DNA of 35,286 nucleotides from Alphaproteobacteria bacterium (GTDB lineage Bacteria; Pseudomonadota; Alphaproteobacteria; CAAGCB01; CAG-977): assembly GCA_021639925.1 (NCBI GenBank), contig JAJXEL010000003.1:1-35286 (forward strand), read 5' to 3'. The translations under genes and the position numbers were made by a program. Within the stretch, counting starts at the first letter, position 1, and every line of letters begins with the position of its first letter. Below, piece after piece: positions 9,066-19,100 of the stretch. Below the pieces are notes generated by a model. It was not told where the DNA came from and did not search any database. It worked only from the letters and a program-made list of their open reading frames with translations.

Positions 9066-9769
9066 AACAAATTCTGACTGATCTGCCGCTGCGGACTTAC
9101 GCTTCTCTGCCTGAAGGAAAGCCTGAACAGGCCGGCGTTTTTTTTCACGGATACGGGGCTGACGGGCAGGATCTGTTTAATATCAGCGGCGTTTTGCGCC
9201 GTTTTTTCCCGAAAGCGGCGTTTTATTTTCCGGACGCTCCCGAAGAGCTGGGATTTTTCGGCGGTTATCAATGGTTTTCTTTGGACGGATATGATCCGGC
9301 TGTTTTGCAGGATCCCGCCGCCGGAAAAAAATATCTGGATTCTTTGATGCCGCTGGCAGAAATTGCCCGCGGCGTGACGGATCCATATATGCGCGCCGTT
9401 TTAAAACACAGCGGCGTGTCCGCGGATAAAGCCGCGTTATGCGGTTTTTCCCAGGGCGGGCTGATGGCCGTTTATACGGCGCTGCGTTTTCCTGAAAAGC
9501 TGGCAGCTGCCGTCGGATTGTCTGCCGTGGCCGTTATGTTTGACGGCCGGACGTTTTCGCAAGACAAGATTGTTTCCAAACCGTCGGTAACCTTAATTCA
9601 CGGCGATGCGGACAACGTTGTGCCGCCTGCGGTTTTTGAGCTGAATAAACAAAACCTGAAAAGCGCGGGGGTGTCGGTTGACGGCTTTGTCGTGCCGGGG
9701 TTAATGCACGGTATAGACGAAACGGCGCTGCGCCATCTTTGTTCGGCATTGGAAAAAAGCTTTGTCTGA
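9062..9769 (+). CDS. Phospholipase/carboxylesterase-family serine hydrolase
   Basis: Motifs FFHGYGADGQDLF, GFSQGGLMAV (nucleophile), LIHGDADNVVP and LMHGI. ATGA overlap with the helicase stop at 9062-9065. Confidence 0.7.
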   Translation: MKQILTDLPLRTYASLPEGKPEQAGVFFHGYGADGQDLFNISGVLRRFFPKAAFYFPDAPEELGFFGGYQWFSLDGYDPAVLQDPAAGKKYLDSLMPLAEIARGVTDPYMRAVLKHSGVSADKAALCGFSQGGLMAVYTALRFPEKLAAAVGLSAVAVMFDGRTFSQDKIVSKPSVTLIHGDADNVVPPAVFELNKQNLKSAGVSVDGFVVPGLMHGIDETALRHLCSALEKSFV

Positions 9770-9775
9770 GAAAAT

Positions 9776-9810
9776 AAAAGAGAGCCGTTAAAAGCTCTCT
9801 TTTTTGTTTT
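9776..9810 (+). terminator. Rho-independent terminator
   Basis: Perfect 10-bp stem AAAAGAGAGC (9776-9785) / GCTCTCTTTT (9794-9803) with an 8-nt loop, followed by TTGTTTT. It separates the housekeeping operon from the vir operon. Confidence 0.7.
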
Positions 9811-9859
9811 ATTTATATTCGGAAAGGTATTTTTAACGAAATAGAGCCACTATTAAAGA

Positions 9860-10564
9860 ATGGAAAAAAGTATGTCAAATGCGTCTGTCCGCCAAAATAT
9901 CAAGAAAGCCGCGGCTTTGGGAATGCCTCCGGCAGACGGCGGACGTATGTCTACTTTTATGTGGTTATCGCGTTTTTTCAGCGTGTTATGCTTTTTTTTA
10001 ATAACATCGCTGGCTGCTTTGGCGCTTTCCCTGATTCATATTACCAAAGAAGCGGAAGTCAACTCTGTATTGGTGACGGCGCCGACATATTCGGAAAACC
10101 TGTCTTATTTTGAACCGCTGCACCCGGATATGCCCGCGATGGATATTCTGGCGGAAATGTTCGTGCGCCAATATGTGACGGCCAGAAATAACGTTTGGCG
10201 CAATGCGCCTGAAATGCGGCGTATGTGGGGGCCCGGCGGCGTTGTGCGTTATATGTCAACGCCGGCTGTATATGATGATTTTGTCCGCCGGGAAGTCGGC
10301 AGATATTTTCCCGAACCCGAATATGCTCCGAAGGTTATGGTTGAAACGGATATCAAAAAAATTATTAAAGAAGGCTGGAACAGCTGGCAGATTTTTTTTG
10401 ATACCCGTAAAATGGACACGTCAATCAGCCAGCCGGTTGTTGAACATTGGATCGCCACCATACAGTTTCGTTACTATTCCGATAACGCCGTAATGTTTTC
10501 CCGTCTGCGCAATCCGCTGGGATTTACGGTAACTCAATATCATCTGGCCCGTCAGAAAAAATAA
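9860..10564 (+). CDS. virB8: VirB8-like T4SS inner-membrane protein, paralog 1
   Basis: Bitopic topology: short N-terminus, TM (FFSVLCFFLITSLAALALSLI), then a periplasmic domain of about 170 aa. It has the C-terminal RLRNPLGFTVTQY motif, which matches the NPxGF signature of VirB8. It is clearly paralogous to 10789-11562 (shared RQYV..RN, WGP.G..R.MS...VY..F and RL.NPLGF.V..Y). Confidence 0.65.
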   Translation: MEKSMSNASVRQNIKKAAALGMPPADGGRMSTFMWLSRFFSVLCFFLITSLAALALSLIHITKEAEVNSVLVTAPTYSENLSYFEPLHPDMPAMDILAEMFVRQYVTARNNVWRNAPEMRRMWGPGGVVRYMSTPAVYDDFVRREVGRYFPEPEYAPKVMVETDIKKIIKEGWNSWQIFFDTRKMDTSISQPVVEHWIATIQFRYYSDNAVMFSRLRNPLGFTVTQYHLARQKK

Positions 10565-10582
10565 AAGGGGAGGAATAAAAAA

Positions 10583-10777
10583 ATGAAGAAAAAAATAATC
10601 GGCAGAATGTTTTTTATGATCGCTTTGTGCGCCGTGTTGAATTCATGCGGCTCTATTTATGAAAAAGAACCGATCGGAATAGGCCCGGATATTTCTGAAT
10701 TGAAACGTTCTCCGTGCGCTTGTATGCTTTTAAAACTGCCGGCCGATTTGCCTGAATGGATAACGGCTCAGGGATAA
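10583..10777 (+). CDS. Small lipoprotein in the VirB7 position
   Basis: 64 aa with a signal peptide and a lipobox-like VLNSC|G, preceded by a strong RBS (GGGGAGGA). The call rests on position between the virB8 paralogs and on size. No VirB7 sequence motif was recognised. Confidence 0.45.
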   Translation: MKKKIIGRMFFMIALCAVLNSCGSIYEKEPIGIGPDISELKRSPCACMLLKLPADLPEWITAQG

Positions 10778-10788
10778 CGGGATAAAAA

Positions 10789-11562
10789 ATGATGCCAAAA
10801 CCGGTAAAATCAAAACAACAGCTGACAGTCAAAGAATCTGACGATAAGCCTTTGCAAAAAGGCGGGCCGCGCGGCAATGTCGATTTGAAAAAAACAGCTG
10901 CGGAAGAAACGGCACGCGAAGAAATTTCGGTGGATCTGCTGCGTGAAAGGCGTTATCTGTGGACGGCTCGCGCTTTTGCGATCGTTTCCGCCGTAGCGCT
11001 GTGCGTTAATTTGGTTTTACTGCTGGCGATTGTTCATATGATGCCGTTGAAACGTGTCGAACCGTTTTTGCTGACATTCCAGAACAAAGACGAACAGGTC
11101 GTCAAGATCCGTCCTTTGGCAAAGGACATGTCGGCCGAAGACATTATTTCCGAAGCCATGATCCGGCAATATGTTTTGCTGCGTAACACTATGATTTCCG
11201 ATGTTGACGAAATGTCGTTCCGCTGGGGGCCGGACGGTCCTTTGCGCTGGATGTCTTCGGCGCAGGTGTATAACCAGTTTGCCAAAACGGTAAAAGACTG
11301 GCTGTCCAGAATTAAATTGGAAGGCTTGACGCGTGAAGTCAGAATTGAATCCGTCGTCCGCAACCAGAACATTTGGCTGGTTTATATCGTTACGCGCGAT
11401 ATGCTGCCGGAAGCCGAAGAACCTGCCATTTCGCGTTGGCGTATCCGCTTGTCAATCAAGTACTTCGCCAAAGATCAAAGAGAAGTCAAATATATCGACC
11501 GTTTGAAAAATCCGCTGGGATTTGCCGTCGATGGATATGCTATTGAAAGTGCTAACGATTAA
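10789..11562 (+). CDS. virB8: VirB8-like T4SS inner-membrane protein, paralog 2
   Basis: Cytoplasmic N-terminus of about 60 aa, TM (FAIVSAVALCVNLVLLLAIV), a periplasmic NTF2-like-sized domain and the C-terminal RLKNPLGFAVDGY. Confidence 0.7.
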   Translation: MMPKPVKSKQQLTVKESDDKPLQKGGPRGNVDLKKTAAEETAREEISVDLLRERRYLWTARAFAIVSAVALCVNLVLLLAIVHMMPLKRVEPFLLTFQNKDEQVVKIRPLAKDMSAEDIISEAMIRQYVLLRNTMISDVDEMSFRWGPDGPLRWMSSAQVYNQFAKTVKDWLSRIKLEGLTREVRIESVVRNQNIWLVYIVTRDMLPEAEEPAISRWRIRLSIKYFAKDQREVKYIDRLKNPLGFAVDGYAIESAND

Positions 11563-11574
11563 AGAAGGTGTCCC

Positions 11575-13110
11575 GTGAAAAGAAATTTTAAAATCCGCCT
11601 TTTTGCTTTTGTTTCATTGTCGTTGTGTTTTTTAACGCACACAGCTGCGGCACAGCAGACGGCGGCGCGTGAATCAATGGACGCGGCGATTGAACAGTCA
11701 AACGGACAATATTCCGAAATCGATATGCCGTTTTGGTCTTTGGGCATGCAGCAAAAAGCATGGAACAAACCGATGGAGCATTTGGGCGAAGGACAGTCCA
11801 AACCGGGGTATTCCAGATATCATTGGACGCCTGATCTGGTTTTGCCTTTGCGTATCCGGGAAGGCATGCATACGCTGATTAATTTCCCGTCCTGGGAATT
11901 GATTGAAAACGTTTTTTTGGGAAATGAAAGCGCTTTTGGCGCGCAGAAAGTCGCGCAAAACGCTTTGATGGTTTTCGCGGCAAGCGTTGATCTGGTCGGT
12001 ATGGATACGAATATGATTGTTTTCGGCCGTTCCGGCAACCGATACGTTTTTTATTTAAGAAGCGAAACCTTTAATACGGACAGAATTACAAACTCTGTCG
12101 TTGATATTGTTGTCAATGATACGAAATTTGTTCCCGACGATTCCGGACAGACGCCTTTTGCTTCCGGCGCTGTCGGCGCGGGAGCTGCTTCTGTCGCGGG
12201 GGGCGCCGGAAATTTCAGCGGCGGCAGTCTGCGCGGCGGAAAAAAAACGACGACAAAAAACGGAACGGAAGACTGGCTGGCGGATATTGAAGTCGATCCC
12301 GAAAAACTGCGTTTCGACATTGACGTTTTTATTCCGAATCCGGCTGATATGGAAATTGCGCCCGAACGTGTCTGGCGCGATGAAATTTTCACTTATATTG
12401 ACTTCGGGCCGAAAGCTTTGACAATGACGGAACGCCCGATCGTCAACCTGTTGTCGCAAGGATCCGAAGTGCCTATCGGATTCAGAACGCGCGGACCGAA
12501 CGGCAGACTGATGGTTGTCGAAGGAATCGGCGATTTGGTTTTGCGCAACGGAAAACGTATTTTATGCCTGAAAATCAGAAAAGATCCGACTTACGGCACC
12601 GAATGGGTGGAATATGAAGAATCTGTCCAGCCGAAATGGTCGCCTGGCCCGATGATTACGACGGGCGGTTATAATATGTCTGCGGGCGGTGCCGGCGGCG
12701 GCGCGGTTAATATGAATATGCAGGCGGCGGCGAATGCCATGATGATGCCGGCCGGGGCGAACGGAACGTTGTCGGCTAATCAGATCGCGCAGTTTTCACA
12801 GACAGGGCGCGGCAGTTCCCGTACGGTACAGCGTTATCGCGGCGCGCCTGTGGAAACGATTGCCGTCGAGCTGGGATCTGACAGCGAAATCGCGCCGCTG
12901 GAACAGAAATGGGATAATATTTCTCGCAGAAACAAAGATCTGCTCGGCGGGTATGAACCGTATTATTCCGTTGACGCTGTGGCGGAAGGCGAATCAAGGG
13001 ATTTGTTCCGTTTGCGCATCGGTCCTGTTGACAGTATCGAAGCCGGGGACAAATTATGTAATCAATTAGGTCGCCGCGGGGTGACTTGCATGGTTGTGCG
13101 GACACAATGA
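11575..13110 (+). CDS. virB9: VirB9/CagX/TrbG-family outer-membrane core protein with a C-terminal SPOR-like domain
   Basis: GTG start after a GAAGG RBS, with signal peptide MKRNFKIRLFAFVSLSLCFLTHTAAA. The N-terminal VirB9 domain reads LRIREGMHTLINFPSWELIENVFLGNESAF...TNMIVFGRSGNRYVFYLRSE. The C-terminal VirB9 domain reads PERVWRDEIFTYIDFG...LMVVEGIGDLVLRNGKRILCLKI. The last 85 aa or so resemble a SPOR domain. Confidence 0.8.
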   Translation: MKRNFKIRLFAFVSLSLCFLTHTAAAQQTAARESMDAAIEQSNGQYSEIDMPFWSLGMQQKAWNKPMEHLGEGQSKPGYSRYHWTPDLVLPLRIREGMHTLINFPSWELIENVFLGNESAFGAQKVAQNALMVFAASVDLVGMDTNMIVFGRSGNRYVFYLRSETFNTDRITNSVVDIVVNDTKFVPDDSGQTPFASGAVGAGAASVAGGAGNFSGGSLRGGKKTTTKNGTEDWLADIEVDPEKLRFDIDVFIPNPADMEIAPERVWRDEIFTYIDFGPKALTMTERPIVNLLSQGSEVPIGFRTRGPNGRLMVVEGIGDLVLRNGKRILCLKIRKDPTYGTEWVEYEESVQPKWSPGPMITTGGYNMSAGGAGGGAVNMNMQAAANAMMMPAGANGTLSANQIAQFSQTGRGSSRTVQRYRGAPVETIAVELGSDSEIAPLEQKWDNISRRNKDLLGGYEPYYSVDAVAEGESRDLFRLRIGPVDSIEAGDKLCNQLGRRGVTCMVVRTQ

Positions 13111-16100
13111 ACGAAGAATTACTCAGCTCATCAGACAGATACTTAAAAAAATCCAACAAGATGTTGTTGATTGTCGGGATTATAGCCTTTTTGGCTTTCC
13201 TGACAGGGGTTATTGTTTTGTTGAGCGGAGGCGAAGAAGGCAAGAAAGACGCCGAAGTCACTATTGGCGGATCGGCGGAAAGCTCCAGCAGTATTACCGG
13301 CGGCAATGCGGATACGTTTAATCTGGCCGAAGAGCCGGCTCCTTCAACCGTGCGGCTGGTCGTAACGCCGGAAACAATGCGTTTCGATCAGGTTGTGCTG
13401 GGTACTGTGGCGGAAGGAACGTTGACATTGTCGGCTTCTTCCGGCCGGATCAGTATTACTTCGATAGAGTTTGAAAATAAACAGGAAGACGGCTTTGTCC
13501 TGGAAAACAAATGCCGTAAAGACATTGTCCTGACCGGTGATGTTACCTGTAACGTTGTTGTTCGCTGGGAACCAAAGACGGCGCGGACAATCCAGTCTAA
13601 CCTGGCGGTCCGCTGGGCTGATGAAACATTCGGCGGTATCGGCAGAAAAGTCATTGTTCCCATTTCGGCAATGGCGATTGACACCAGCATGTGCGGCGTC
13701 TGCGATGAAGCGCCGGGCAGCGGCGGTTCCATGCTTGACCAGTTGCGTCAAAAAGGACGCGTTATTTTGGGGCCCGACGGAAAACCGATCGGTTATGCCG
13801 ATGAAAACGGCGTTGTTTACGGGCTGGACGGCAAACGGATAGGCACTTTGCGCGAAGACGGAACGGTCGTTGACGATCAGGGGTATGTGATCGGCGTGGC
13901 GGAAGGAACTCGGCTGGCAATCGGCCCGAACGGAGAAATTCTGGGAACGATTTTACCTGACGGGCGTGTCATTGACAAAGACGGCCGCCTGATCGGTTAC
14001 GCTTTGCCTGACGGAACGATCGTCGATCTGGACGGAAATGTTATCGGGTCGGCGGTAAGAACGGGAATAGCTTATGATAAAAACGGCAATCCGATCGGAC
14101 GGATTATGCCTGACGGAACGGTCGTTGATGAAAACGGAAATATCATCGGCTATTTAAATCCGGACGGAACGATTGTCGATGCCAACGGAAACATTATCGG
14201 ATCGGTCGCGCCGCAGGGCACCGTTGTGGACGCTTCGGGCAAAGCGTTGGGCATTGTTATGCCGGACGGAACGGTCGTTGATGCCGACGGCAACATTATC
14301 GGCCGCGTTCTGCCTAACGGTTTTGTCGTTGACAGAGACGGCAACATTATCGGCCGCGTTGTTAAAGAAGGACTGGCCATTGGTCCCGGCTGCCGTATGA
14401 TTGGCCGGATCAGTACGGACGGTTCCGTTATGTCTTCAAACCGGCAGGTCGGGCGTTTGACGGCGTCAATGACGGTTGTCGACATGTCGGGCAATCCGAT
14501 CGGCGGTTATGTGGAAGAAGGGGCTTTGATTGACTGGGCCGGAAAAATTGTCGGTAAAGTGGATCAGGACGGCCACCCGGTCAGTTTCAAAGGAGATCCT
14601 CTGGGGTGTCTGACGCCTTACGGCACAGTTGTTAATGATGCCGAAGAAATTATGGCGGCCGTTTTGCCGAAGGGAACCGTTGTCGGCACGCAATGCGGCG
14701 TTGTCGGGCGCGTTATGCCGGACGGCAGCGTTGTCGGCGACGGGCAGATCAAAGGGCGGATTTTGCCGGACAAATCATTTTTGTCGACAGAAGGAAAAAT
14801 TGAAGGAGCCCTGGCGCGTCAAAATGTCGGCGTCGGGCCGGGGTGCCTGTCTTTGGGATACGCCAATATAGACGGGCAGGTTATTACGGCGAAGGGGGAA
14901 TTTGTCGGTTGTCTGGCGGCGAACGGAGAAATTCTGGATAATCAAAAAGTCGTTTTGGGCCGGATTCTTGATTCTGCCATCGCGTTAAACGCGGACGGTC
15001 GTGTCGTCGGTATTATGGATCCCGCCGGCAAGATTCAGGATAAACAGGGAAAAATTCTGGGGTGTATGGATCCCGACGGTTTGGTAATAAATTCCAAAAA
15101 TGAATCGGTCGGTATGCTGATGCCGATAGGCGGCGTTTTGGATCGCGACGGCCGAACAATCGGCTGGGTCATGCCGGACGGGTCTGTTTCCAACGCCAAA
15201 AACAGTACGATCGGCAAAGTCATGCCGGACGGAACCGTAATTGATTTGAGCGGGCAGACGGTCGCGCGTGTCGCCCCGCATAAAGGCGTCGCGTTAAGAA
15301 GCGCCTGCGAACCGGCCGGTACCATTTTGGTTGACGGCCGTGTCGTGGACAAAGAATTTAAACGATCGGCCTATATTCAGATGAATGATACGCTGGTTGG
15401 TGAAAACGGAGATTTTGTCGGTCGTGTCGCTTACGGATCGCGGGCAATCAGTCCTAAAGACATGTATCTGGGGACAACGGCAAACGATGGCGCGCTGTAT
15501 AATCCGGCAGGGGAAAAAATCGGCTGTCTGCGTCCGGATTCCTTGTTTGTTGATTCAAATAATAAATTTTTAGGGGCAGCTTTACCCGAAGGAATCGCCA
15601 TTAATAATAAATCAGAGCTATACGCCCGCGGCGATTCGATTGCCAAAGCTTTGAATTTAAAGGGAACTGAATTTATCGGATCAATAACGCTCAGCAGTTT
15701 TGTCAAGGAAGGCGATACGATTTCCGGCGGTATTATTCCGGACAGAGCCGATGTTCTGGATATTAAAACCAGCGAAAAAATCGGCCGTCTGCTGCCTGAC
15801 GGAACGGCTTTGGATTTGCTCAGCCGTTATTTGGGGCGTTTAAGAATGCCCGGCGGCGAAATCGTGAACAAAGACGGCCGCGTCGTCGGTAAAATATTTG
15901 TCGGCATGCGGCAGGTGATCGGCCCGAACGGAGAAATTCTGGGCGTTGTCATGCCTGACGGAACGGTTGTTGACGCTTCCGGCCGCGTTATCGGCAAAGC
16001 GGATCTGAACGGAAAAGTGGTTGACGCTTCCGGGCGCGTCATCGGCGAAGTTATTCCGGTCGGCCAGCCGATTATAGGTCCTGACGGTAAAATTATCGGT

Positions 16101-19100
16101 TATGTCGGCATCGACGGGCAGATCGTTGACAAAGACGGCAATCCCGTTTTGGGTCCTGACGGAAAACCGCTGCGTTACCGGGCGGGCGGATCTGTCGTTG
16201 AAGACAGCGGAAAAGTGATCGGCAGAATCGGCGACACGCTGGAACGCCTGGTGTATGATGAAAACGGCAACGTGATCGGCCGTGTTCTGCCTGACGGAAC
16301 GGTTGTTGATTTAAACGGCAACGTGATCGGGAAAATGCTGCCCGACGGAACGGTTGTTGATTTAAATGGAAACGTTATCGGGCGGGCCGGGCCGCCGGAA
16401 CGGCTGGTATATGATGAAAACGGCAATCTGATCGGCCGTGTTCTGGCCGACGGAACGGTCGTTGATTTGAAAGGCAACGTGATCGGCCGTGTCCAGGCTG
16501 ACGGAACGGTAACCGCCCTGGGGTCAAAAGTGATCGGTTATACTGTTAAGGACGGTCTGGGGCTGAACTTTAAAAATGAAATTATCGGCAAAATCGATTC
16601 TTCCGGACAGCTGAAAGAAGCGGGATCGGATAAATCTCTGGGGGTTCTGCAGGCGGACGATACGATTACCGACAGCCGAAACGCCATTATCGGCAAAGGG
16701 GTCGTGAACGCTGTTCCCGTCGGGCTGCAATGCCAGATGCTTGGTTCGATTGATGACAAAGGGCAGGTCATTGATACGGCGGGCCGGCAGATCGGGCGGC
16801 TGAATTTTGACCGGACTTTGGTTAATTCCGGTAATTCTCAGATCGGTTTGGCTTTGGGGCAGGAATCTATCATCAACGAACCGTGCAAAATCATCGGACA
16901 AATTACGGCGGAAGGAAAAGCCGTTGATACCAAAGGCGCGGAAATCGGCTGCGTTGATTTTGAAGGATTGGTAAAAGATAAAAACGGCAAACGTTTGGGG
17001 CGTATTGTCCAAAAAGGACAAATTCGCGGCCCTGACGACCAAATGATCGGCAGGATTGTTTCCAGCGGCGAAGCGTTGGGGGCAGAGGGGAATGCCTTAG
17101 GCTGTTTTTCTGTTGACGGGGCTGTTTTAGATAAAAATAAAAAAATTCTGGGGGTCGCGGCGGACATGAAATATGCCGTTGACGATCAGGGAAAAATTGT
17201 CGCGCATATTCTGGGCGGAACGTATGGCGTTAATCCCGAAGGCGGCGCTTTTGTCGGAACGTTGAACGGGCAGAATTTAACCGGATCTGATAATAAACAG
17301 CTGGGCGTTCTGGTGCCTTCCGGCCGGCGTGTGATCGCCGTGGACGGCAAAACGATCGGTACCGTTTTGCCCCGCGGACGCGTTCATAACGACCGCGGAG
17401 AAGAAATCGGCTATGTTACGTCTTCAATGCGCGTTTTAACCGGCGACCGTAAGTTTTTAGGCCGTGTCGTTCCGATCGGCGAAGAATGTAAAGACGGTAA
17501 AAATAATGTTGTCGGAACCGTTCATTTCGACGGGACGATTGTTGATGAAAGAAAGCAGGTCCTGGGACGTTTGCTGGCCAGCGGGCAGGCTTTGGATAAT
17601 GCCGGGGCGCATTTATGCATGATCTCTTTAATCAGCACAAATGACGACGGGTCTTTGTTCCCGAAAGGGTTAATCGGCAAAATGGTTTACGGGCCGGACG
17701 GCAAACCTTTGGGGGTTGTCGGCGCTGACGGTTTTATCCGCGATGCGAACGGCAATATTATCGGCCGTGTTCTGCCTGATGGTACGGTCGTTGATTTAAA
17801 CGGCAATGTGATCGGCAAAGCGTATCCGAAAGGGGCCGTGTTCAGCCCTGACGGGAAATTCCTTGGAATTGTTGATGCGGACGGGTATCTGCGCGATGAA
17901 AACGGTAACATCATCGGCAGAATGTTGCCGGACGGAACGGTCGTCGATATTAACGGCAACATTATCGGCCGCGCTTTGCTGGAAGATGGCATTGTCGATT
18001 CAAAAGGAAATTTCCTGACCAGAGCGGGTGAAGACCGGCTGGTATATGATGAAAACGGCAACGTGATCGGCCGTGTTTTACCCGACGGAACGGTTGTTGA
18101 CTTAAACGGTAAAGTCATCGGAAAAATGCTGCCCGACGGAACAGTCGTTGATTTGAACGGCAAGGTTATTGGTAAAGCTGCTCCGGCCGGTCAGTCAAAA
18201 AATGTCCGTATAGCCGTCGGCCGTGACGGAAAGTTCTTGGGCATTGTCGGTGAGGACGGTTTTGTCCGGGACGAAAACGGCAATATTATCGGCCGTGTTC
18301 TGCCTGACGGTACGGTCGTTGATTTAAACGGTAATGTGATCGGTTCCGTTATTGAAGGGGAACCGATGCGCGACGAAAACGGCAATATCATCGGTGTTAT
18401 TATGCCCGACGGACGGGTCGTTGACCTGGACGGCAATGTGATCGGACGCATTAATGCAAACGGAGAAATCGTTGACGCGGACGGAACCGTTTTGGGAACG
18501 TGGCGCGGCGGAAAACTGACGGCGATGAGCGACAAGCTGCAACAAAAACGTTTTGCTTTCGGCAAAGACGGCAAACGGATCGGCATGATTATGCCCGACG
18601 GAACGGTCGTTGATGAAAACGGCAATATTATCGGCCGCGTTGATGAAAACGGTAATGTTATTGATCTGGACGGCAATATTATCGGGACGGTTACGGATCC
18701 GGGGGCGGTCGCCGGACAACAAGGGGGCCAAGGGGACCAAAAAGATGACCGTGTGTCTATTTTTGGCACTTTTGATCCGGATAATTACCGGTATCGCGGC
18801 AAATCTTTGGGGGCCGGCGGCGGCACCGGAAAAGGGGAACGTTACGATCCTGCCCGGATTAAACAGCTGCGGGCGCTGCAGATGGCTTACCGCCGCCAGA
18901 TCAGGCCGGGGCGGGGAATAGGTATAGCCTCTGTTGAAGAAGATTTGATGAAAAAACAAAAACGCAGCAAAAACTGGAATGCTTTGGGGATACAGAAAAA
19001 TGTTTCTTCATATCGCGTCAACATGGATAATATGATTTTGGCGGATAAAGCGATTCCTGCCGTTTTGGCGCGTTCTATTGATACGGAACAGGAAGATATT

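Noticed and set aside
13086-13106. Track start of virB10 at ATG 13086 (MHGCADT...).
   Set aside because: ATG 13107 forms an ATGA overlap with the virB9 stop, as at other junctions in this window. The choice changes the product by only 7 aa and remains uncertain.
13765-18695. The regular 51-nt periodic repeat could be mistaken for a CRISPR array or a noncoding satellite.
   Set aside because: There is no alternation of conserved repeats with unique spacers. The whole region is one uninterrupted reading frame with codon-level (amino-acid) conservation.
14150-18769. Several long antisense ORFs inside virB10 (for example 14150-14494, 16175-16477, 17687-18163 and 18191-18769 on the minus strand). 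Their products are strikingly repetitive (MPFKSTTVPSG...TRPITLPF...).
   Set aside because: Their periodicity is the reverse complement of the sense-strand 51-nt repeat. The plus-strand frame is open for 6.9 kb, has VirB10 end domains and sits in operon context, so these are shadow ORFs.
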